Shown here: in pieces, positions 13,201 to 24,105 of the stretch
How positions within the stretch are numbered: position 1 is the first letter of the stretch
Layout of the letters: each line of letters opens with the position of its first letter
Source of the DNA: Fimbriosthenelais zetlandica
Taxonomy: Eukaryota
Reading direction: 5' to 3'
Length of the DNA: 64,000 nucleotides
Assembly: GCA_977030845.1 (NCBI GenBank)
Contig: OZ365114.1
Span: forward strand, 25,048,001 to 25,112,000
Program-made: the position numbers and the translations under genes
Notes under the pieces: model-generated
The model's database searches: none
Told to the model about the DNA's origin: nothing
What the model saw: the letters and a program-made list of their open reading frames with translations, nothing else

Positions 13201-16200
13201 TTCCTGAACCAGCCCAACAAATAGAAATGCAGGCGGCACAATTTCCTCCTCCCCTTGAAGTGCCCTCAGTTGCACCTGAAGAGGTTTCGTTTGTAGAAGC
13301 ACCAATGTTGGCACCAGCAGAGACAATCACTGAGCCAACTACTGTTGTAGAATCATTGCCAGAATCACATGTTTCAACAGTCTCTTTACCTGTTGAAACA
13401 TCAGAAAAGGTCATGCCACCAAGTGCAGTGGAGGAATTACCAGCAGCAGTTACTCCCCAGCAACTTACTGGACTAGGTCAAACGAGTAAAGGTGAAGGTC
13501 TAAGTCAGGGTCAAGACCAAGGTCAAGATAAAGTCCCAGACCAGGGCCAAGGTCAGCCACCATCAAAAGGTGAAGGTAAATTACCGCAAGAAGGAAAAGC
13601 ATTGGATGAAGCTGGTCGCTCAAAAGATGGGCCAACTGCTGTACATGATGGACAAAGTTAGTTCATTAATAGTTAATTATTCACTAGTTAATATTTAGTT
13701 AATCTTCTGTTCAGAGTTGATATGCATGGCAGACAGATGACATGTACTGACTCCTCAATTATTGTCATACATGTCGATCTGAGTAGTTAATCAAAGATTG
13801 ATTGCCATTTAAACTCTAAACTAATATATTTCTTATAGCTAAGATGGCTATAGCGATGAGTTTCACTCTCAAATTCAATACCAAGGGGGCATAATATGTC
13901 CATCCAAAATATGAGTTCGCCATACTGGTGTTCAATCTATTATTTAGTGAAGTATCTCCAGCAGGAGCAATGCCAGAAAGCAGCATATTACAAAGGGTTG
14001 GCACATCACAAATCAAGTTGTGCCGGTAGCACAAAGCATCAAATGTCACTTCCATAGACCTATGTATAGGCCTATTCTCTCTTCCAGTAAGACATGGCGT
14101 TTGCCACAACGGCTTACCGGCGTTGTGTGGGAGAAAGATTGTTTGAAATAACATGTTTTTTCTTTATAATTCTAGGTCCACAGAACCAGGCATTTGTGAC
14201 CCTTGCCACCAATGACACATATGCCCTCGGGGCATTGGTCTTGGGACATTCCTTGCGGAATGTGGGCACAACGCGACAACTTGCTGTTATGATCACCCAA
14301 GGCGTCACTCAAGGTGTCCGGTGAGTGCCTTTTTAATATACTATAAGAAGCCGGAAAGAGCTTCAGAAAATCGGTCAAACGAAATCATGTAATCTTAAGT
14401 ATATTTCAGTGTGAAAATGTGTTTTTTCTACTTCAGGTTCTTAGCCAAATATACATCTCTTTTTACTAGTATTTCCATATGTTTTTACTTCTCTGTAGTT
14501 TTAGTCCTTAGACCAATAGAAGTGGATGTCTGATGATTCACAAACATTACCCGGTTCAAGACTCAGTGTTGACTGGTGCTTGAAGAAATATAAATATCTG
14601 ACATTTCTCTTCTTTGACTGTTGGGCCAGCCTCTACTTTCCTACCCCACGCCCCTCTTTATCTGGTAAAGGTGGGCCCCAAACTTAGCCAGCTAACAGAT
14701 AGAATGTGTGCTCAGAGCAAAACACCCATCACCTACTGACATGTGAAATCCAGTGTAAATCCGACAACAGAAGTGTACAATTCCAAAGGGAATTTTGTCA
14801 ACTGAGATATATTTATTTCGTATTGGCTTTCTGATATCAATGTTAAAATATTGGTCAGGTGTAAATTGGTGTTCACGGGCAAAACCCTCTTCTCCCAGGA
14901 GAAACTTTCAGTTGGATGAATTACTTATTAATCTGAAAAAAAAACGTGCACCTTTCAAAAAAATTACCCCTCCCAATAGCGAAGGATCTCGAAAAAATTG
15001 TTAATATAAACCTTTCATGATACGTTTTTTTCAAAATATATTTTGTAAACTATGCCTAATGTTTATTGAAAAAATATTTATCTGTTCTCTGTGCCCCTCA
15101 CTTTGTCTATCTACAATACTCTGCCTCTCCCACAAAATCATCATCCACCGTGCATGTGTTACACACTATACCTCCAACATATAAAAATAGGAAAAGTCAT
15201 GTAAAAATTACCTCCGCAGCTCTAGGTGAGCAAGTCACCCTAGTAACCTAAGCGAGTTACTCAGCTCCCGCCCACACTGTGATAGCGTGTGTTGCATGGT
15301 TGGGGCCGTTAGATTGCGCTACATGAGAACTGCCAGGTTACCTCATTCAAGGTGATTCTCTATGCTATCTAGTGTCACTCTCACAAGGTCAGTTAAGACC
15401 TTGAGCTACTAAGTATAGGTACTAATATATTTACAGGGCACTGGCCTAAATGCTCGGCTGATGGGTAAAATGATGAATAGTTATTCCACTGACCTGTTTA
15501 TGAGTAAAACTCTTTATCCTGTATTCTTATTGGAATCTTGTGAATTACTATTCTAACCCATATCAATTAAATTGAAAGGAATTAAAGGCGGTTAAATATA
15601 CGCAGCAAAAAGTTTCTTGGGGATAATTGGAACAATATCTCATGTGGGCTGGCTTTGAAATCATTTCTTATTATAGGTGATCAGCTCCTAGTATACCGCT
15701 CACCTGGCATCCCTCCAAGTCACCCCGGTTGCCATGGGAACCTAGAGTTGCACCTTTCTATCAGATGTTTTCTTTTCTCCCCATGAAATTAGTTTTTTGG
15801 TTCTTCTTACTTTCTCAAACTCTTAGTCTTGCTGCAGGTGAATACTAAGATTCATTGTGAAGCCATTTTAAAGACTTCATTGCAGCAGCTCTGAGTTTTG
15901 AGTGTAATAACAATTCTTCAATTTTTGATAGATCGTGAGTTTGGCACATACACCTGTTGAGTCAGTCTAACTCTAAGTGAATGGGCTAAGGTCTGAGGTA
16001 ACCAGGCCATGGGGCAACTAAGCCCACAGCATGCATTATTGGTGTATTACTTATATTAACGTACAGAGGGCAAACTCTGGTATAAACTGGTCCAGCACCC
16101 AATAGAAATTATGAGAGTCCATGTTGTGGAATGATAAAATGTTCTTATTATTAATGATAGGCTAATTAATGAGATATCCCCAAAATAGGCTGCGATATCT

Positions 16201-19200
16201 GCTGTTAAATCAAAGAAACTTTGACCTATTGGATCAATCAAATTGAAGACTTTTTAGAGGAAATCTTTACTGATAACAGCTTTTTCTTTGTATTGCAGAC
16301 ATCAGTTGACACAGTTGTTTGACAGTGTGACGGTGGTAGATGTTATGGACAGTGGAGATGCTGCCAACCTCGCTCTCTTAGCTCGACCTGACCTTGGGGT
16401 GACCTTCACCAAACTACACTGCTGGAGACTGACACAGTACACCAAGTGTGTCTTCATGGACGCTGACACCCTGGTACATTGTCTTTAACCCAGTCAAAAT
16501 TCACCTTGTCAGTGTTCAAATGCCATAGGGAGGGGTCCAGAACCAACTAAGACCTGACTATGAAGTTCTAAATGTCCTCAAGAACATTGAGTATTGCCAA
16601 AGATGGATATTGCAAAGCACTATAAACTTCACTGCCTCAGAACCAATGTTAGCAGCACAACTATCATATCTATCCTTCTTGCTCTCCTGATAGATACTCT
16701 AACCATGATTGATTGTCATGTTTCAGGTTGTACAGAACATTGATGAGTTGTTTGATCGGGAGGAGCTATCAGCCGCGCCTGACGCTGGCTGGCCTGACTG
16801 CTTCAACAGTGGCGTCTTTGTCTTCAGACCATCAGAGGAGACTTACCAATCTTTACTACAGTTTGCTCTTACACATGGAAGCTTCGACGGTAGGTATCAA
16901 TGTAACCCATGTAAGCTTCAATGGTAACTTATGTTAGCTTCAATGGTCATTGTCTTTTCAGTCACTGTATCAGATTCATTGCTAACTGTCTAATGTTGCA
17001 GGTGGCGATCAAGGACTCCTCAATTCATACTTTAAGGACTGGGCCACTAAAGACATAGCAAAACACCTGTCTTTCGTCTACAATGTAGTATCTCAAGCCT
17101 TCTATAGTTATTTACCTGCCTTTAAACAGTAAGTTTTATCATTTTGAAGTAAAAAACAACTTTTGAATGGCTTATTTTTCCATATTCCATGGTTACTTCA
17201 AAGAGACAACCATGTCTTCTGCTTGGCTAAAAAAAATGTGAGGTACCAAGCATAACTTGGCGCTTTGAGTTCCCGGGTCTTCTTTATGGAGGGGGTACAT
17301 TTTGTAAATGGTATTTTTCTCTGCAAATTTTGACACCTGCAGATGCAGCAAGACAAGGTAAAAGACCAAGAAAATAAAGTTCTAATTGTTACCTGATGCC
17401 TTGTCAGATTCCAGGATAACGTGAGAGTGGTGCATTTCATTGGAACAGCCAAACCATGGCATCAAAAGTACAATACAGGTACAGGCCAGGTGGAGCAGTC
17501 TGGTGGCGTGGCGCACAACCAACACTTCCTCCAGCTGTGGTGGAAACTCTTCATGGACAAGGTGAAGCCGGGACTGGAGCCAGGCGTGGTGAGTAGGCCC
17601 TTAACTCTCTACCTGTAACCAACCAAAAACAAAAAAGGAAAAAATGAGAAATCAGATAATCCTTATTTGAAATATATTCAGATGATAAAATATGCGTGAT
17701 AGCGACTGCTCAACTCGTAAGGAATCTTCATTTCAAACTTTAATAAACCTCAATAGTATTTCTGGTAAGATTATTGCAGTCTCTTGCAGTCAAGTTTTGA
17801 CTAAATTAAGTAATTATGGCATGAAGTTAAAATGTTTATGACAACTCTAGATTTGTGATTACTAAACTAGTAAAAGAGTGTGACCAAGTTGCTTATAACC
17901 AAACTGATTCCATATAGTTGTAATGTTAAATTCCCTTTCTCTTTTGTTGATTAGATCTATAAGCATGAGATTGCCCCACGTTATTCCCCCAAACAAAATC
18001 CATTTCCATTTCGGCATCATTGTTCTATTAGAAACAAAAGTGTTAAACTAATTCGATGCATGAAGCTCAGTTGAGAAAAGGTGCATGTGAGCCTGCCGAA
18101 AAAAAACTAACACTGACATTGGGTGGGCAGGTGGACAAACTAGTAAGACATGCAAGGTATTTGTTCTACATACACTGTCCTTAAAGTATGAGGCAGATAT
18201 ATACATCAACTGAACATGACTTATTCCATGAGAGAGGTAGAGTTTCTATATACTACATGGTCATTGTAATATCATACCTGTAAGTTGATGAGTCCAACAG
18301 ATGCTGTACTTCATATGAACATCAGGCTTGGATCCACTTTTGGAGATTGTTATCAACAGGCGATTGGATAATTTCTGCTTGATTACATTTAAACTAGAAA
18401 TTTTGAAGCCAAATAGCATCCAAATTGCCTTTTATAAATCGCCAAAGTGGAGCTTTGCCTTATGAGACTGATTGTGTATACATGCGAGTGAACATCGGCG
18501 TTTCATATCATAAACCCATTCTATCTCGCCCATCAATAGGTTTGGAATACATGTGAAGACAACTGCTTGATTTTCTCTTTTACCAATCGCGTTTCATTTG
18601 CTACATCAGGCTATGCTACATCATTTCTCCTTGTGAAAAAAATTGTTGCAAAATGCTTTGGAGTTAGGTTAATTATATTTGTATGATATAGAAACCAATT
18701 ATTCTTATTCCCTGCATGCTAACAGCTCAAACAAACTGGACAGGTAAAGTCAAAAACATTACATTATATAACCACGATTTATCATTAATTGTATTGTTTA
18801 TCTGAATTACAACTTTTATTTGGCTATAAAATTAATATAAGAAACACTCATTTCTCATTAGTTAAGACATATTACACACAAAAGTCGCAGTATCTAATTC
18901 TTTATGCATGATGTATTTTAGACTTGGTTAAGAGGTTTTCTTCAGAACATTGTACACATGATCAACTGATTCAAAATCAGTATAACTGCTAAAGCAACGG
19001 AACTCTGAATCAGGTGTCAATAGCTTTATACTGAAAAGTCGATACTTTATATATTCCTTTTCATCAACCTGTTTCTTTCTCTTTCCATTCCTGGTTTCTT
19101 TTCAAAAAGTTTAAGTTATGCTCTCCTTCGTTAAAGCACAACTGTATTAAAACTATAAAGTAGCTGTCATTTAGTTCTATAACTACCCCACCTGAAATTT

Positions 19201-22200
19201 AGATAGGGATGAGTAGAACATTCCTTTAGATATTTACCCCCAACTTCTCCAATATACAAAAATATCCTTTGTCAGTACATTCTATTTCAACCTTAGTAGC
19301 ATGCATCCCACCTTCCTTTTCGTTCCTTTCTATGTTTTATTACCCAACGAATAAGTCCTGTTGTAAATTGGAGATTATTTTTCTTCCAACACGAAAAAGG
19401 GTAATATGGTCCTTCAACTGTATACATTGCTACCATAGAGGACATGGGCTTTAACTGAGGAGATCTTCTATTTTCTCATTTCTAAAGCTACTTATGAAGA
19501 TTACCCTATCCTCTCTGAAGGCAGATGCCAAACCTCAAAACCTCGGTCCCCTATCTGAATGTCCTGATAAGTTTCACTCTGTGGTAAGAAGTCTTTGACG
19601 GTTTTCACTATCCTACCCTGATCTGCATGAATGTATGTTGCCTTTAAATGTTTCCAAATGGCTATGCTTCAGATCCTCAAAAATGAGCTATACCTAAAAT
19701 GATAATGTCTGAAAGGCCGCTTTTTTGGTATTTCGTGAAGAAAAGAAAAAAGTTGGAATAAGTTTAAATTCTTATTATAATCCTAAAATGCATCTCTTTT
19801 TGCATTGCGTAAGCATAATTGTCCAGTTTTAAACCATGTCCCTCAAAGTGCTGTACTATTGGTTCTTATTTTTGTCTTTGTTTTCTGTCTTTTGTCAATG
19901 TCTGTTCCAGTCCCTCAGATGCCATTCGTCATGTTCTTACTCAAGGGTTTTAAGCCATTGCTTTGTCCCTCAAACCCTTTCTTCTTCTTTTCTATTATCT
20001 GTCTTCTCTGTCCACCACTTCTCCCTCTTCTTCTTTGTCTCTTTATTCTCCTACTCTTCATTTGTGAGTCTTTGTTAGCCTCATCATTGCCTTCATCATT
20101 GTGTTACCGGTATCAAATCGTTTGGGCTGAGATCATAAGGATCCGCTTGTCAAGCTTGCTCCCAATTTACTAGCTTTCTTCACATTTCTTTTGAAAGCAT
20201 TCAGCTGAGGATACAATAACAGATCAGGATGTTGTCAGGAGTCCAGATGAAGCAAGTATCACTTTGGGCTTATTGAGATGCGCCATTATAAAGTATGTTC
20301 CTTGTTTCTAAAGGAAGATCAGCAGTTAACCATTGGGACACATGACCAGTCTATTTCATTCAGAAATAACATGATCAAATTCCATGCCCTTGACCAGAAC
20401 ACCTGTGTTATAATAATAATTAACTAATTTATGCATAAGAAGATCCTATTGTGAACCCAGTTAAACATACTTTCTTTCGCGCAAGGAACATATCTGTATG
20501 GTGGGTCTTATTCATAACTTAGTAACCAAGGAGGAGCTGCATTTCACTGAAATGGTTGAGGGTTCTTTTATTTTATTAGTTCTGTACACACGTATTGCCT
20601 TGCTTTACCATTTCGCTTTCATCCTGTCTCAATGTACACTTCGGCTAGAGGCTCTTTGTTTAATTTAACCCCAAGTAAATGTGCACCGGCTCTTTGTTTA
20701 GTAGCGCATTTTATATCTCTATCATTAAGTCCTTTCCAAGGTAGGCTATACATTGTATCGGTGAGTTCGGAAATGTGTTGTGGACATTTTATCATCTCAT
20801 GGTAACATTATTTACATGTGTAAATTATTACTGCATGGTCATGAACCATGTTCTCAACGAGGTCATGTGACCTTAAACCTTGTTGACCTTATCCTGAAGA
20901 CTCACTGTTGGCTAATGGACACCCAATTATGGCTCCAGAAATTGTCAAAAGGAATTGTCAGAAGCACAGGAGATGGAAGTCAAGTAGGGCATTATAAGGC
21001 AGAGCTGTGGGCGACTGCTTCCTAAATGACTCAACTTCAGTCATATAACAATGGCAGCATTATTAATTAATACCCAATCACAATAGTTTGAAAGTGGTGT
21101 GAAAGAGTTCTTGTTCTAATCTACTTCCATTATATGGACGAGTTCCCCAGTCAGGTTACCCACACCAACTAAAGGTTTCCCCGCTCTGTGGGGAATAGAA
21201 AACAAATGAAACCTAAGAAAAATTGCTTGCACGCACACACACCCATCCATCACCTCACTATGTACAATGCTAAATGAGCTTCTTGCATCAAATGAGCTGT
21301 GATTTCTATGGCTTAGCGTAACTTCCTTTCTATTTCAGTCTATCAATGTAAATCTCTATAATTGACAAGAGATAAGATAAACTATTTTTTCCACCTTTCC
21401 TTTAAATCTATTTTCTTGTCCCTTTTGAGCTTTTGACCTTGTACCCAAGCCAGGTACTCAAGTTGTGTGGCCATCTAACCCTTTCCTTTACAGACTTATC
21501 TTTTTCAATGCCACTTGCTGTCTTCTGTCCCAGCCCTTGGCTGTCATGGTGATGGCCACAAACTGTTTCTACTTGTAGGTGGGCATGCTTTCACTGTTTC
21601 ATGACTCATCCCAAAAATTAGGCACCCACGGATCAACGCAAGATATTAACTATCCCCTGTCGCCTAACACCAGCTACCCTGAGAAGTGCATGAGCTCACC
21701 CTATGTTCCTCCAGCAATGACTGTCTATTATGACCCACCTCCTGTTGCTAACCAGCCACCTGTCTCCGTAGTCATGCCAGAAAGGCCATATACATTCTTC
21801 GAGAGTTTTTATTCTGAGCCACCCATGACCAACTCCGAGAGTTACACTTCCCCTTACCACGTCTACAATGCTAATGAGTTCTGTCATGCATGGAATCATC
21901 ATCATAACCAAGCAGGGGAACAGGCGGAGGATGGGGTAGAGGGTCCATGTTCTATGGACACATGTGAAGGTCATCATTGTGGTGGTCAAGGTGGAGGGTG
22001 TGGTCCTGCCAATGAAGAGGAACAGGATGAGCTGGCCCACTGTTCTGGAGCATCTTGTCACGGACAGGGGCATTGCGACAGTAACCAAATGCATGATCCA
22101 AAGAAAAATGTAGATAACCAACCCATGCAAAATGCAGACACAAGTAATAACAATGTGAGAGTTGAAGCACCAGGAGCGCAGGACAGCAACAAGAACAAGG

Positions 22201-24105
22201 TAGATATTAGTGGGCGTGTGAGTAATAAGTGGTCAGATTCAACACATGTAAAGAAGGACTCATTCTATAAGTGTGAGGTGAGATAGACAACTTCATTGTA
22301 TGAATGAAGGATGAAAATGACCTAGTATCTCAGGGTGATAGTGGTGTTTGCCTCTGGCATCATAATAATATGCTGACATTCAGAGGTTAAACATATGATG
22401 ACATTCTGTTCCATCTCCTGCCTGTAGCTTTCCACTGGCCTTTTAAAGACGATGAGTAACATTTGGGTAAGGTTCTTTAAAATATCCTCTGAGAGAATTA
22501 AACCCCTCTGAAATCATTACACTCTGGTCGGTGGACGCAGGGCAAAATGACGCTCCACAGGTCTTTAGGGATGCAAGATTCAGATAATGTTAATTATCTG
22601 AATTACAATTTACAAACTGCCTTTTACTCATCTCTGACGTAGGGTTTTTGGCAATTGAACTTGCATCTCTATGTCATATACCCGGATGTAAAAGAATGTG
22701 CATGAAAGAATCATGGGGATCACCGGAGAAGCGTTCACTAAACTTAAAGCAAATGCTTTGACATTTGAGGCCCCCCTCTCTTGATCGTTATTATAGTCAC
22801 TGTACACGTTGGATCTTTTATGATTTAGTAGAAGCCTGATAGTCCTATGAGCTAATATCATTTGGGATGACAATTTAATGTCCTTGGTATGTGATAGTGT
22901 CAATTGTCTGTGTAGTATAAAGGTTCATAAGTTCGTAGCTAGATACATATGTATAATATTATCATCTCAATCAATGGAATTCTTAATTGCTTTCTTGTAA
23001 ATAGAGGGCTACTGTGGCTTATATTATTTCTTCCAGTACTGGTATGGTACTTACCAATCGGGTATGCTAAATGTTGTATGCTCATTACACAACGTTAATT
23101 CTTATCTTTGGGGTTGGGTTCTAACATGTTTCAACTAATCAAGCATGCTAGTCTGATATGCTTCCATCATGAAGTATATCAAGATACATTTTCTATCTGG
23201 CAGCGTTTCTAAATTATATCCACTACTGATCTTCTGGAAATGGCACCTGTAACATCACCACTTTATTAATATGCATTTAAATAGGGAATGTTGGATTACA
23301 ATGCCGTACACAGTAAGTAACAGTTGCCTAATCCATTGTTCTAACTTTGTTTTACCCAGCCTTCATGTTGGACCTGCACAGTAAGGGTGGTCCTACTTTA
23401 TCATGTTATTTGAAATTAACTTGATCTTTTATTTAGAACTGTGGCATTTCACTATTGATCATTAATAACGGTATAAATACCATCACCACAACAAGCAGTA
23501 ACTTTGGAAATGTTGTGTGGATTTCGTAAATAACTGTTTCTAAAACTTACAAAAGTAGTTTGCTGATATTCACATGTTGTTTAGCATGTTCAAATGCTCC
23601 TTTAATTATTTTAGCATGTGTCTAACATGTTTCCTTTCTTTTGCTTGTCTTTTTACTTCAGGGTTAGTACTGTCATTTCCCTTCTGAATGGTTGTTATTA
23701 TTTCGTTTATTTGTATAGATGGGTGTAGTTGGTGCTATGGCTACTCTAAAAGTGGAATCCGGCGCAGATTACTCCAGAGTAAGTCATTCTTTATCTTACC
23801 TTAAAATGAAGATTTAAATTTCTGTTCTTAAAGGAATGTAGGTCATTTTCACAACCTAATATAAGTGGCCATTCAATGGATGTACAATGGTAAAGGTTGT
23901 ACTTACTTATTGATTTGTGCTCTTTTCATCTTATTCGTGTCATGTTTTCTTGAACTGATTAACATTTCCTATTTCAAAGGCGGAACTTGATGATCAGCAG
24001 CGGCAGTACCACTGGGAGAAAGGTCAGATTGATTACATGGGCGTAGACGCATTTGCCAACATTCAGGCTCGCCTGGACACGGTGATTAAAGGCGACAAGA
24101 AATAG
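1235..24105 (+). CDS. GYG1: Glycogenin (GT8 self-glucosylating glycogen primer), short isoform, 8 coding exons, 330 aa
   Basis: Exons 1235-1250 (MASSD, G|GTGAGA), 14176-14320, 16299-16473, 16727-16889, 17002-17128, 17408-17588, 23719-23778, 23980-24105. All introns are GT-AG with matching phases; total 993 nt. Translation shows family hallmarks: [52 protein letters not shown] (DxD), [40 protein letters not shown] (acceptor Tyr region), [11 protein letters not shown], and the C-terminal [23 protein letters not shown] (glycogen-synthase-binding tail). Confidence 0.97.
8589..13656 (+). CDS. Giant alternative first coding exon of glycogenin (1,689 codons + 1 nt), Pro/Glu/Ala/Val-rich and PEVK-like; if unspliced it is a stand-alone 1,690-aa ORF ending at 13661
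   Basis: Stop-free 5,073-nt ORF. ATG in caaaATG context with an in-frame TAA at 8580-8582. Repeats are synonymously diversified, so this is not a simple DNA microsatellite. It ends CAA A|GTTAGT, a phase-1 donor matching the phase-1 acceptor of glycogenin exon 2 (tctag|GT CCA CAG AAC CAG GCA). Coding status is well supported; the fusion is inferred. Confidence 0.8.
8995..9530 (+). repeat. Coding repeat block: (K/E)P dipeptide tracts punctuated by [KR]KWG
   Basis: Translation [14 protein letters not shown]..., [37 protein letters not shown]. At DNA level, CCTGAA/CCTGAG/CCCAAA hexamer variants. Confidence 0.9.
12663..13073 (+). repeat. Three tandem 135/138/138-bp coding repeats (45-46 aa), followed by two degenerate copies to ~13320
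   Basis: Units start with caaatacaaatg at 12663, 12798 and 12936, and a fourth begins at 13074. Peptide: [46 protein letters not shown]. Confidence 0.95.
21579..22277 (+). CDS. Candidate in-frame cassette exon of glycogenin (233 aa; Pro/Ser/Tyr-rich, then Cys/His/Gly-rich, then Asn/Asp-rich)
   Basis: The ORF begins exactly after a pyrimidine-rich acceptor (tttctacttgtag|GTG, phase 0) and has a phase-0 donor GAG|GTGAGA at 22277/22278, three codons before its stop. The flanking glycogenin exon ends at 17588 and 23719 are both phase 0. It could instead be an alternative terminal exon (TAG at 22284-22286). Confidence 0.7.

Noticed and set aside
8525-13414. Many overlapping ORFs on the - strand and in alternative + frames (e.g. 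8942-9688 Gly/Ser-rich, 12591-13241, 12655-13326, 12709-13224)
   Set aside because: Shadows of the repetitive, codon-biased giant exon. CCT/GAA/CCA repeats lack stops in other frames, and these ORFs have no independent start or splice signals.
8589-13661. Calling the 1,690-aa ORF titin, a mucin or a collagen
   Set aside because: No Ig/Fn3 domains, signal peptide or Gly-X-Y repeat. The similarity to PEVK is compositional only.
19805-20173. Hydrophobic Leu/Phe-rich ORFs resembling membrane proteins
   Set aside because: They result from a CT-rich low-complexity tract. The opposite strand gives a short Lys/Arg-rich frame bounded by stops, and there are no usable splice sites in phase with glycogenin.
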